50,436 bases of DNA from an uncultured Bacteroidales bacterium (GCA_964582565.1 CAZOSY010000001.1:1-50436); one strand, 5' to 3'; numbered from the stretch's first letter, positions 1 to 8,879 are shown. The notes: a model not told the origin generated them from the letters alone. Program-made: numbers and translations.

Positions 1-9
1 CTTATTCAT

Positions 10-17
10 TATCTTTG
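10..17 (+). promoter_or_regulatory. candidate Bacteroidota-type -7 promoter element (TATCTTTG = TAnnTTTG)
   Basis: Exact TAnnTTTG match 52 nt upstream of the ATG at 69. Motif only; the -33 element was not assessed. Confidence 0.3.
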
Positions 18-68
18 TTTCTTGAAAGAAAGGAATTAATAGAAGCCCCCTTAATCTAATCAAAAAGT

Positions 69-320
69 ATGTTTATGAAAAAAAAAATAGGAACAGCACT
101 TATTCTTGTAGAAAACAAGGATAACATACCTAAACTTAATAATATCTTAAATAATCATTCCTCTATTATCATTGGAAGACAAGGTATTCCTTTAAGAAAT
201 AAAGGTATTAATATCATTTCTATTGTTCTTGAAGGGACAACTGATGATATAGATTCTTTAACAGTCCAAATCGGTAAATTGAATGGAATCCAGGTTAAAT
301 CAATGTTAATTAAAAATTAG
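69..320 (+). CDS. small ACT-like protein, probable TM1266-type iron-only hydrogenase system regulator
   Basis: 83-aa ORF immediately upstream of hydG. It has a beta-alpha-beta-type pattern (ALILVENKD..IIIGRQGIPLR..ISIVLEGTTDDIDSLTVQIGKLNGIQVK). Size and genomic context match the family that co-occurs with hydEFG. Recalled from memory, not aligned. Confidence 0.55.
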   Translation: MFMKKKIGTALILVENKDNIPKLNNILNNHSSIIIGRQGIPLRNKGINIISIVLEGTTDDIDSLTVQIGKLNGIQVKSMLIKN

Positions 321-341
321 AAATGAATGACTAAATATTAA

Positions 342-474
342 CCCTGTGAAATAAAATAATAAATTTTAATTTTGCCCCCAGTAAAATATCCGCCTAATAC
401 GGATTTCACCCGGTTGAATATAAAAATATATCCAACGGGGCAGGCGGAATAAATACGCAAAATTATTTCACGGG
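342..474. repeat. nested palindromic intergenic element in the hydG leader
   Basis: Outer arms are ccctgtgaaataa / ttatttcacggg. Inner arms are tccgcc..ggcgga and cccggttgaatat..atatccaacgggg. Confidence 0.6.
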
Positions 475-501
475 CTAAACCAAATACAAAAATATAAACA
501 G

Positions 502-2031
502 ATGAATGATATTACACCCTTAAAAGTATGGGCTGAAAATGTAGTAAAACAAGATGAAATTGATAAGTATCTTATTAATGGCAAAGATTTTATTGATGAA
601 AACATAATCCTGAATAATTTATCTGATAATACAAAGCCCGACAAACAACGAATACAGGATATATTAAAAAAATCACTTGATATAGAACGGCTTGAACCTG
701 ACGAAACAGCAGCTTTGTTAAATGTAACAGCTCCTAAAATGTGGGAAGAAATGTATGAAACAGGACTTCAGGTTAAAAAAAAAGTATATGATAACAGGAT
801 TGTATTTTTTGCTCCTTTATACTGTGCTAATTTATGTGTTAATAATTGTGCATATTGTGGCTTTAGAAAAGATAATAAAGAAGAGAAAAGAAGAATACTC
901 AATATGGCTGAAATAAGACAAGAAACAGAAGCCGTTTTATCAGAAGGTCATAAAAGAATGATAGTTGTTTATGGTGAGCATCCCAAATCTGATATTGACT
1001 ATATATGTGATTCCATTGAAACAATTTATAAAGTTAAGAAAAAAATTTCAAAAGGGGATAGATATAGTCAAATTAGAAGGGTAAATATCAATGCAGCCCC
1101 AATGAGCATTAATGATTTAAGAAAACTATGGAAAGCAGGAATAGGAACTTATCAGGTATTTCAGGAAACTTATCATAAAAAAACATATAAAAAGGTTCAT
1201 CCTTCGGGTCCAAAGTCCAATTATCAATGGCGACTTTATGCTTTGCACAGGGCTATGGATGCAGGAATAGACGATATTGCAACAGGTGCATTATTTGGAC
1301 TTTATGACTGGCAATTTGAAGTTATGGGACTTTTATATCATACTATTGATTTAGAAAAACAATTTGGAATAGGACCACATACCATCTCTTTTCCAAGAAT
1401 GACACCTGCTGCAGGTTCTTTTATTAGCACAAATTCTAAATATTTAGTTAATGACTCTGACTTTAAAAAACTCGTAACAGTATTACGGCTTTCTGTCCCT
1501 TATACAGGACTTATTATTACTGCAAGAGAACAAGCAAAACTCAAAAAAGATGTAATTCAGGTTGGTTGCACTCAAACTGATGCTTCAACAAAAATAGGTA
1601 TAGGCGGCTATACAGAAGCTTTAAAAAAACTTGAAAAAATGCAGGAAAATGAACAGGTAAAAACCAAACAACAATTCATACTTGGTGATACACGAAAATT
1701 AGATGATGTTATAAAAGAATTATCTGACATTGATATGATTACTTCTTTTTGTACTGCTGGTTACAGATGTGGCAGAACAGGTGATAAAATAATGGGATTA
1801 CTTAAAAAATGTGTTGAAGGAAAATTTTGTAAACTTAATGCTGTGCTTACTTTTAAAGAATATCTTGATGATTATGCTTCTGAACAAACTAAAAATACCG
1901 GTGAAAAATTAATACTTAAAGAACTCAACGAAATTGAAGCAATGGACTTTTATAAAAAAAATAAATTATTAGAAACCTTTAAAAATTATTACACGAGAAT
2001 ATGCAATGGAGAACGGGATGTTTTTATATAA
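502..2031 (+). CDS. hydG: [FeFe]-hydrogenase maturase HydG (radical SAM, ThiH-like)
   Basis: Radical-SAM CX3CX2C motif (CVNNCAYC). Cys-rich C-terminal tail SFCTAGYRCGRTGDKIMGLL..FCKLNA is typical of HydG. Clustered with hydF and hydE. Confidence 0.88.
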   Translation: MNDITPLKVWAENVVKQDEIDKYLINGKDFIDENIILNNLSDNTKPDKQRIQDILKKSLDIERLEPDETAALLNVTAPKMWEEMYETGLQVKKKVYDNRIVFFAPLYCANLCVNNCAYCGFRKDNKEEKRRILNMAEIRQETEAVLSEGHKRMIVVYGEHPKSDIDYICDSIETIYKVKKKISKGDRYSQIRRVNINAAPMSINDLRKLWKAGIGTYQVFQETYHKKTYKKVHPSGPKSNYQWRLYALHRAMDAGIDDIATGALFGLYDWQFEVMGLLYHTIDLEKQFGIGPHTISFPRMTPAAGSFISTNSKYLVNDSDFKKLVTVLRLSVPYTGLIITAREQAKLKKDVIQVGCTQTDASTKIGIGGYTEALKKLEKMQENEQVKTKQQFILGDTRKLDDVIKELSDIDMITSFCTAGYRCGRTGDKIMGLLKKCVEGKFCKLNAVLTFKEYLDDYASEQTKNTGEKLILKELNEIEAMDFYKKNKLLETFKNYYTRICNGERDVFI

Positions 2032-2054
2032 TGATTTAAGAAAAATTGTTGATT

Positions 2055-2305
2055 CAAATACTAGTATCTTGACAATTTAATTTCGGAACATAATTGCATG
2101 GAATAGTTTCCAGATATATAATGGTTAAATGGTTTTATGGTTAGATGGTTAAAAATGTTAAAAATATGCAAAATAAATATTTACAGATAAATGATGTATC
2201 TGCTTCTTGGAGAGTTCCAAAAACTGCCAAAAGAAATTAACCATAAAACCATATAGCCATAAAACAATAGAATGTTTCATAATTAAATTGATATAATACT
2301 AGTTT
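2055..2305. repeat. about 250-bp nested palindromic element in the hydG-hydF spacer
   Basis: Imperfect terminal inverted repeats (aaatactagtatcttgacaatttaatttcggaacat / atgtttcataattaaattgatataatactagttt). Inner arms are ggttaaatggttttatggtta / taaccataaaaccatatagcc. Confidence 0.6.
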
Positions 2306-2552
2306 AAAAGTCAAATTAAATGATATAACACAATGGCTGTATCAAAATTATAATGTAAAATCATATTTTTGTGAAATAATAGGCAAACGTTGGTCTTTTT
2401 ATGTCGGTTCTCAGGATATTTTATCATCTGTAAAACGATTAAAAATCTCTGACAATATAGGATTAATAATTGAAGATACTGATTTGGAAGATGATATATA
2501 TAAAAAAATAAAAAAAAATTTCACTATTGTCCGACTAAATTTAAAAATTTAG
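2292..2552 (+). pseudogene. 86-codon open frame with no ATG/GTG start, bracketed by two palindromic elements (possible decapitated gene remnant)
   Basis: Hand translation gives YNTSLKVKLNDITQWLYQNYNVKSYFCEIIGKRWSFYVGSQDILSSVKRLKISDNIGLIIEDTDLEDDIYKKIKKNFTIVRLNLKI*. An in-frame TGA lies at 2289-2291. There is no canonical start codon in frame. Confidence 0.25.
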
Positions 2553-2750
2553 GTAAAATAGTTTCTAAATATTATGAGATTCCTCGCTATCACTCGGAAT
2601 GACAGTGTTATTTAGAGTTCAGGGTGGGGGTAAGGACGGGTAAAACGCGTCCTTACCCCCACCTTCCCAACATAATGAAGTTGTCATTCCGAACGGAGTG
2701 AGGAATCTACTATTATAAATTCTAATTTTATTTTTAGTCAGACACTAATG
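2521..2750. repeat. about 230-bp long imperfect inverted repeat (layered palindrome) with a GC-rich core hairpin
   Basis: Layers from outside in: cactattgtccgactaaa / tttagtcagacactaatg; then gattcctcgc..cggaatgaca / tgtcattccgaacggagtgaggaatc; then the core gtgggggtaaggacg / cgtccttaccccc ac. Confidence 0.75.
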
Positions 2751-2906
2751 AAAAAAATTAAAATTTTAATATTTAAGTCATTTTCTAAAAGTCGTAAAAC
2801 CCAAGTAAAGCCACAAATTTACAGATCTTTTTAAAAAAATTAAATCTGTAATAATCAGAGTAATCTGTAACAACTTTTTCAAATTATTTTAAACAAATTA
2901 ATAACT

Positions 2907-4112
2907 ATGTCAAAAGGAAGAGATGAAAAACCACATATCGGCATTTTTGGTAAACGAAATAATGGTAAAAGTTCGTTTATCAATATTATTGTTAATCAGG
3001 AAATAGCAATTGTTTCAGGTAAGGCAGGAACAACAACAGACCCTGTAAAAAAATCAATTGAAATTTTTGACGTTGGACCTGCTATAATAATAGATACTGC
3101 CGGAATTGATGATTATGGAGAATTAGGAAAAAAACGTGTTGATAAAACTCTGCAAATTGTTAAAATTATTGATTTAGCAATTTTACTGATTACAAATAAT
3201 GACTTTGCTCAATATGAAAAAAAATTGATTAAAGAATTTAATAAATATTCAGTGCCTTATTTTATTGTCCATAACAAATCTGATTTAGAAAATCTTAAAA
3301 AAGAAACTATAAATAAAATAAAAACTTATACCAAATCTGAAATAATAGATTTTAGCACAATCAAACCTGATAATATTGAAGATGTTATTGAACTTATAAA
3401 AAAAACTATACCGGAAACAGCTTATCATACTTCAACTTTAATAGGAAATCTTATTTCAAAAGGTGATATTGTAATGCTTATTACTCCTATTGATAGTGAA
3501 ACACCAGAGGGAAGACTGATATTACCCGAAGTAATGGTTATTAGAGATATACTTGATAATAATTGCACAGCAATAGTATTAAAAGAAAATGAAATTGTTG
3601 ATTTTTTGAAAAAAACAAAACTCAAACCAAAACTCGCAATTACTGATAGCCAGGTTTTTGAAAAATCCAATGCTTTTATCCCTAATGATATTCCATTAAC
3701 AAGTTTTAGTATTGTTTTAGCTCATTATAAAGGAGATTTTCAAAACTATCTTAAAGGCACGCCAAAACTTTCGGAATTAAAAGATGGTGATAGAATTTTG
3801 ATTTTAGAATCCTGCACTCATTATGTAAGTTGTGATGATATTGGAAGAACAAAAATCCCAAACTGGGTTCGTAAATTTTCAGGCAAAAAACTTAATTTTG
3901 ATGTAGTATCCGGATTGAGTGAACTTCCACGAAATATTAATGATTATGCTATGGTAATACAATGTGGAGGTTGCGTTTTAACAAAAAAACAAATTGTCAA
4001 CCGCCTTAAACCTGCTGTTGATGCTGGTGTGCCAGTAACAAATTATGGTATGACAATTTCATATATACATGGTGTTTATGAACGGGCAATATATCCTTTT
4101 GTCAATTGTTAA
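2907..4112 (+). CDS. hydF: [FeFe]-hydrogenase maturation GTPase HydF
   Basis: GTPase motifs G1 GKRNNGKSS, G3 DTAG and G4 NKSD. C-terminal Fe-S motif CTH-x46-QCGGC. Located between hydG and hydE. Confidence 0.88.
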   Translation: MSKGRDEKPHIGIFGKRNNGKSSFINIIVNQEIAIVSGKAGTTTDPVKKSIEIFDVGPAIIIDTAGIDDYGELGKKRVDKTLQIVKIIDLAILLITNNDFAQYEKKLIKEFNKYSVPYFIVHNKSDLENLKKETINKIKTYTKSEIIDFSTIKPDNIEDVIELIKKTIPETAYHTSTLIGNLISKGDIVMLITPIDSETPEGRLILPEVMVIRDILDNNCTAIVLKENEIVDFLKKTKLKPKLAITDSQVFEKSNAFIPNDIPLTSFSIVLAHYKGDFQNYLKGTPKLSELKDGDRILILESCTHYVSCDDIGRTKIPNWVRKFSGKKLNFDVVSGLSELPRNINDYAMVIQCGGCVLTKKQIVNRLKPAVDAGVPVTNYGMTISYIHGVYERAIYPFVNC

Positions 4113-4386
4113 AAAATTTATTACATCTGAATATTCAGGGTAAATGAAGATTTTTTTAGCCAATTATTTTATCCACGATTAAAATTATTGGCTAAAAGTG
4201 TGAATTTAAAATGACTATCAGCCCACGATTTTAGTGGGATTAAAATATAACCCCAAAAATAAATAACCATTTTAATGGTTTATATTCTAATAGTTTTTAT
4301 ATTGCCTTCATTTTTAATAACAAAAAAAAATAATAATGTCACACTAATATGTTGAGATTATGATTTGTTAATTGTAATATTTAAGA

Positions 4387-5478
4387 ATGAAAACCGAAGT
4401 TGCTCAAATTCTATTAAAAGAAAATTTTAGTAAAAAAGATATTATAAATCTTTTATCTACTACTGATACCACAGAAGCAAATAAGTTATATGAAAAAGCA
4501 TATAATATTAAAAAAAAATATGTTGGAAATAAAGTCTATTTACGTGGATTAGTAGAATTTTCAAATTTATGTAAAAAAAATTGTTATTACTGTGGTATAA
4601 GATCAGGGAATAAAAAATTACATAGATATAATATTCCTGATGCTCAAATAAAAAAATCAGTTGCTTATGCCCTGAAAAATAATTTTGGCTCTGTTATTTT
4701 TCAATCAGGCGAAAGAGATGACAGTTTATTTATTGAACAAGTGAATAATATTCTGAAAACTACAAAACGCATTACTAATAATAAAATTGGGATTACTTTA
4801 TCTTGTGGTGAACAAACTAAAAAAACTTATGAAAAATGGTATGATTCCGGTGCCCACAGATACCTTTTACGCATTGAAACATCAAGTAAAGATTTATATT
4901 ATAAAATACATCCTGAAAATAATATACATAATTTTGAAACCCGTTTAAAAGCATTAAAAAATCTCAAAAAAATTGGCTATCAAACAGGCACTGGTGTTAT
5001 GATAGGTTTACCATATCAAACAATTGAAAATTTGGCTGATGATTTGTTATTTTTTAAAAATATTGATATTGATATGGTTGGTATGGGACCATATATTGAA
5101 CATCCTGATACACCTTTATATAATTTAAGGCATTTACTTATGTCAAAAAAAGAACGTTTTAATTTAACATTGCGTATGATTGCAGTATTAAGAATTATGA
5201 TGAAAGATATTAACATAGCTTCTACAACAGCTCTACAATCTATTATGCCTGATAGCAGAAAAAAAGCATTAATATCCGGTGCAAATGTTATTATGCCTGA
5301 TTTAACACCTGTAAAATATATAAAAGATTATTTTTTATATGAAAACAAGCCATGTTTAGATGAAGGTAGTGATGAATATTTGTATTCTCTTGAAAAAAGT
5401 ATCAACCAAATTGGAGAAATAATCGGATATAAAAAATGGGGTGACCCAAAACATTATTTTGAGAGACAAAAAAAATAG
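4387..5478 (+). CDS. hydE: [FeFe]-hydrogenase maturase HydE (radical SAM, BioB-like)
   Basis: CX3CX2C motif (CKKNCYYC). 363 aa with a BioB/HydE-like TIM-barrel pattern. Clustered with hydG and hydF. Confidence 0.8.
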   Translation: MKTEVAQILLKENFSKKDIINLLSTTDTTEANKLYEKAYNIKKKYVGNKVYLRGLVEFSNLCKKNCYYCGIRSGNKKLHRYNIPDAQIKKSVAYALKNNFGSVIFQSGERDDSLFIEQVNNILKTTKRITNNKIGITLSCGEQTKKTYEKWYDSGAHRYLLRIETSSKDLYYKIHPENNIHNFETRLKALKNLKKIGYQTGTGVMIGLPYQTIENLADDLLFFKNIDIDMVGMGPYIEHPDTPLYNLRHLLMSKKERFNLTLRMIAVLRIMMKDINIASTTALQSIMPDSRKKALISGANVIMPDLTPVKYIKDYFLYENKPCLDEGSDEYLYSLEKSINQIGEIIGYKKWGDPKHYFERQKK

Positions 5479-5507
5479 CATGATTCGTTTATAATAATAA
5501 TGTTTAA

Positions 5508-5515
5508 TATTTTTG
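5508..5515 (+). promoter_or_regulatory. candidate -7 promoter element (TATTTTTG)
   Basis: TAnnTTTG match 49 nt upstream of the rex ATG. Confidence 0.3.
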
Positions 5516-5563
5516 CACTGTTGGATATTTCTTACGGGATAAAACTTTTAATTTACAAATCTT

Positions 5564-6202
5564 ATGAAAAAACTTCCATCTAAAACAATTGAACGTTTAA
5601 CTCAATACAGAAGAATATTAATGCACTGCCTGGAAGGGAATTGTTTATCAAAAGGTATAAAAAATGTTTATTCGTATGAACTTGCATCCTTAATGCATAT
5701 AAACCCTTCTCATGTAAGAAGAGATTTAATGCTATTAGGATTATCAGGAAGTAAAAATAAAGGATATAATATTCAATATCTTACAGATTCAATAGGAAAT
5801 GTTTTAAATATTAATAAACAAAAGATATCTATTATTGGCATTGGTAATTTGGGAAGATTTTTTATCAATTATTTTAACTCATCAAAACAAACAAATTTTT
5901 TTATTGTTGCAGCATTTGATAATAATATTAAAAAAATTAATAAAACTATACTTGGAATACCTTGTTATGATATAAATGAATTATCAAAAATTATAGAAAA
6001 AGAAAATATATCTATTTGCATTTTAACAGTTCCTCCTGTAGCAGCCAAAAAAATTGCTGATATCTTGGTTAATACCAAAATTAAAGGTATATTAAATTAT
6101 ACAACTATTCCTCTTAAAATCCCGTCAAATATTCATCTTGAAGAATATGATATTATTACTTCTTTAGAAAAAACATCTTATTTTTTAAGTAATATGTTGT
6201 AA
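5564..6202 (+). CDS. rex: redox-sensing transcriptional repressor Rex
   Basis: N-terminal winged-helix region (TIERLTQYRRIL), Rossmann GxGxxG (GIGNLGRFF), 212 aa. Sits next to hydrogenase and redox genes. Confidence 0.85.
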   Translation: MKKLPSKTIERLTQYRRILMHCLEGNCLSKGIKNVYSYELASLMHINPSHVRRDLMLLGLSGSKNKGYNIQYLTDSIGNVLNINKQKISIIGIGNLGRFFINYFNSSKQTNFFIVAAFDNNIKKINKTILGIPCYDINELSKIIEKENISICILTVPPVAAKKIADILVNTKIKGILNYTTIPLKIPSNIHLEEYDIITSLEKTSYFLSNML

Positions 6203-6279
6203 AATATCATCATATTGTTCTACAAACCTGTGCTTAACAATGTTATACTGAATTTGCAACAGTATTAAAAATTAATTCT

Positions 6280-6287
6280 TATATTTG
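6280..6287 (+). promoter_or_regulatory. candidate -7 promoter element (TATATTTG)
   Basis: TAnnTTTG match 28 nt upstream of the ATG at 6315. Confidence 0.35.
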
Positions 6288-6314
6288 CAATCTAATTTAA
6301 AAAAAAATTAAATT

Positions 6315-7673
6315 ATGATAAAAATGAAAACAAAATTATTTATTTTACTTATGCCTGCCATCTTATGCCTAAGCATAATTAAAAGTGCAAATGCACAAAC
6401 ATGGAGTGCAGTTGGCTCAGGTTTGGATTATGGGGTAAACACCTTTGCCGTTTATAATGGAAATTTATATGCCGGCAGTGATGGGATATATAAATTATCA
6501 GATACCATCTGGACATCATTTAATAATGGAACAAATACTTTTGGAGGAGGAATTGTATATAGCTTATGTGTCAGTAATGGTAATAACTTTTATGCCGGTG
6601 GTGGCGGTTTTTTTGTACTTACTCCTGATGACAATTACTATAATTTTATAGGCAGATGGGACGGCAGTAAGTGGACTACTGTGGGCTCTGGATTAGGAAA
6701 TGATGGCTGGGGTATGGGTAGTGAAGTTTTTATACTATCTTCATACAATGGAGAATTATATGCCGGAGGCGATTTTGGTACTGCAGGAGGCGATCCTATT
6801 AATCAGCAAGAAGTTTATTATATAGCAAGTTTTGCAGGAACTGTATGTTGCTGGAATCCTGTAGGAAGCGGAATGGATGATAAGGTAACTGTGCTGACAA
6901 CAGATACAGTAAATAATCTTTTGTATGCAGGTGGCTATTTTATTACTGCCGGAGGTATAACAGTAAATCATATTGCCAAGTGGAATGGAACTGACTGGTC
7001 TGCTCTTGGAACAGGAACAGATGGCAAAGTTACAGCTTTGTGTATGCATAATGGTGAATTATATGCAGGCGGAGCATTTACTACTGCAGGAGGAGTATCT
7101 GCAAAAAATATAGCCAAATGGAACGGCAACTCATGGCAAGCTCTTGGAGCAGGAGTTGACGGACAGGTGTATTGCTTATATTCTTATAAAGGAAATCTGT
7201 ATATAGGCGGAGATAATCTTTTTTCGTTTGGAGATGACAAAAGATATATCACCAAATGGGATGGAACAACATATTCTGCCTTAGGGTCAGGAGTAGATGA
7301 CTATGTTAATTACTTCATCACTTTCAACAATGATTTATATGTTGGTGGTGCTTTTACAAACGCAGGCGGAACTCCTGTAAATCATGTAGCCAAATGGACA
7401 CCTTCCAGTGAGGTAGAAGAAAATTTTATAACTAATACGGTAAATATTTACCCTAATCCAGGCAATGGAAAGTTATCTGTAATCTCTGAAAATATCTCTG
7501 CAATATATGAAGTTGAAATATACAACATACTTGGAAAAAAAATTTATTACACACAATTCTCCGGTAAAACAAAAATTGATTTAAGCAAAGAAGCAAAAGG
7601 AGTTTATTTTTATACTTTAACTTTAAAAGGCAGAAAAGGAATTCTTGCAACAGGAAAATTAATTGTAGAATAA
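6315..7673 (+). CDS. secreted beta-propeller repeat protein with T9SS C-terminal sorting domain
   Basis: Signal peptide. At least six repeats of the form IAKWNG..W.ALG.G.DG.V.AL...NG.LYAGG.F. C-terminal domain NIYPNPGNGKLSV...GVYFYTLTL..GKLIVE. Confidence 0.75.
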   Translation: MIKMKTKLFILLMPAILCLSIIKSANAQTWSAVGSGLDYGVNTFAVYNGNLYAGSDGIYKLSDTIWTSFNNGTNTFGGGIVYSLCVSNGNNFYAGGGGFFVLTPDDNYYNFIGRWDGSKWTTVGSGLGNDGWGMGSEVFILSSYNGELYAGGDFGTAGGDPINQQEVYYIASFAGTVCCWNPVGSGMDDKVTVLTTDTVNNLLYAGGYFITAGGITVNHIAKWNGTDWSALGTGTDGKVTALCMHNGELYAGGAFTTAGGVSAKNIAKWNGNSWQALGAGVDGQVYCLYSYKGNLYIGGDNLFSFGDDKRYITKWDGTTYSALGSGVDDYVNYFITFNNDLYVGGAFTNAGGTPVNHVAKWTPSSEVEENFITNTVNIYPNPGNGKLSVISENISAIYEVEIYNILGKKIYYTQFSGKTKIDLSKEAKGVYFYTLTLKGRKGILATGKLIVE

Positions 7674-7816
7674 AAAAATTACAATTTTATATAAACAAGT
7701 TGTTCGTTTAAATATTTTATAAATTCAAACAACTGATAAAACAGACAGACAAATAGATAGATAAAAAAAATAAAAAATAAAATAAAATTTATTTGTTTAA
7801 TAAAAATTAATATTTA

Positions 7817-7824
7817 TATCTTTG
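7817..7824 (+). promoter_or_regulatory. candidate -7 promoter element (TATCTTTG) for the Mrp-Mbx operon
   Basis: TAnnTTTG match 228 nt upstream of the ATG at 8052. A palindromic repeat block (about 7861-7990) lies in the putative leader. Confidence 0.25.
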
Positions 7825-8051
7825 CGTTTTTGTGTTGTTAATTCTTTAACAAAAAATTATTGTAAGCGTTCACAGAAACCTGTGCTGAAACTTGTGCTGA
7901 ATTCATTTCAGTATCCATGTCATACTGAACTTGTTTCAGGATTGTTTCAGTACGCTGAAATTGGAAAAGAACGAAAAGAGTTTACGAACTAGAGGTTGTT
8001 AGAAATTATTATTAACTTATTTAAACTTAAAATATTAAATATCAATTTGAT

Positions 8052-8573
8052 ATGATTGCTAAGACTAATGAAAGGAATAATAAAGTAAAAAATTTTTGTT
8101 ATTTATTTATTATTCTCATGCTTATATGGCTTGCTCTTACTTTGAGCTTTAAGAAAGAGGAATTAATTGTAGGGTTTATTGTAAGCATTATTCTTTCTTT
8201 CGCATTATATAAAAGTTATAAAAAAATAGGATTTCCAAAATTTAGTATCAAAAGAATTGTTTATCTTTTTATTTATATATTAGTACTTTTTAAAGAAATA
8301 ATTATAGCAAATATTGATGTGGCATATAGAATTATCCATCCAAAAATGCCAATAAAGCCAGGTATTGTAATTATCAAAACTGAATTAAAACAAGATTTGG
8401 CTAAAATGATCCTTGCAAATTCTATTACTTTAACTCCAGGAACATTTACATTAGATATTAATGATGATAGTCTTTTAATTCATTGGATGAATGTAAAGAC
8501 AGATAATACAGATGAAGCAACAAAAATCATAGGTAGAAGATTTGAGAAATATTTAAAAGTGATATTTAAATAA
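8052..8573 (+). CDS. MnhE/MrpE-like subunit (MbxA position)
   Basis: Two N-terminal TM helices followed by the LANSITLTPGT motif typical of MrpE. First gene of the co-directional cluster. Confidence 0.7.
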   Translation: MIAKTNERNNKVKNFCYLFIILMLIWLALTLSFKKEELIVGFIVSIILSFALYKSYKKIGFPKFSIKRIVYLFIYILVLFKEIIIANIDVAYRIIHPKMPIKPGIVIIKTELKQDLAKMILANSITLTPGTFTLDINDDSLLIHWMNVKTDNTDEATKIIGRRFEKYLKVIFK

Positions 8574-8612
8574 ATAATTAATAAGACATTTTAAAAAAGA
8601 TATTGTTTTCTG

Positions 8613-8879
8613 ATGGCAAAAAATTATAAACAATTAGCTGAAAGCATGAAAGCATTGGGACACCCTATACGTCTGCAGATTATAGCAGGTCTTGTTAAAA
8701 ATGAATGTAATGTTACACAGATTCAACAATCTATAGGTGTGCCTCAATCTACCATTTCTCAGCATTTGAGAATACTTAAAAATGCAGGAATAATAGAAGG
8801 AAGAAGAGAAAGAACAAATGTGTGTTATAAAGTGATTAATAATTGGATAAAAGAAGTAATTGAAAAGATAGATAAATAA
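8613..8879 (+). CDS. ArsR/SmtB-family winged-helix transcriptional regulator embedded in the operon
   Basis: LGHPIRLQIIAGL...VTQIQQSIGVPQSTISQHLRILKNAGIIEGRRE is the canonical ArsR HTH pattern. 88 aa. Confidence 0.85.
   Translation: MAKNYKQLAESMKALGHPIRLQIIAGLVKNECNVTQIQQSIGVPQSTISQHLRILKNAGIIEGRRERTNVCYKVINNWIKEVIEKIDK

Noticed and set aside
3425-3670. Antisense or alternative-frame ORFs from the ORF track. They include 3425..3670, 5016..5216, 6445..6651, 6756..7049, 7453..7650, 8634..9104, 9282..9494, 10198..10407, 10817..10999, 11130..11450, 13627..13896, 15068..15313, 17505..17783, 18433..18804, 18512..18733, 18696..18878, 20486..20677, 22430..22759, 22901..23137, 28168..28404, 28999..29196, 29875..30108, 30874..31065, 32150..32335, 34009..34215, 36468..36665, 36660..36860, 37247..37462, 40118..40348, 46107..46307, 46675..47028, 47762..47956 and 47809..48141.
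   Set aside because: Each lies inside, and mostly antisense to, a much longer ORF with clear family motifs. Their translations are low-complexity I/L/F/K/N strings, as expected from AT-rich DNA. None has a recognisable motif.
7861-7876. Possible Rex operator TTGTAAGCGTTCACAG upstream of the Mbx-like operon. Isolated TTGTGAA half-sites also occur at 2368 and 26213.
   Set aside because: The half-site spacing is two bases shorter than the TTGTGAA-N4-TTCACAA consensus I recall. One half is degenerate, and the sequence is simply the outer arm of a palindromic repeat block. The other hits are single half-sites.
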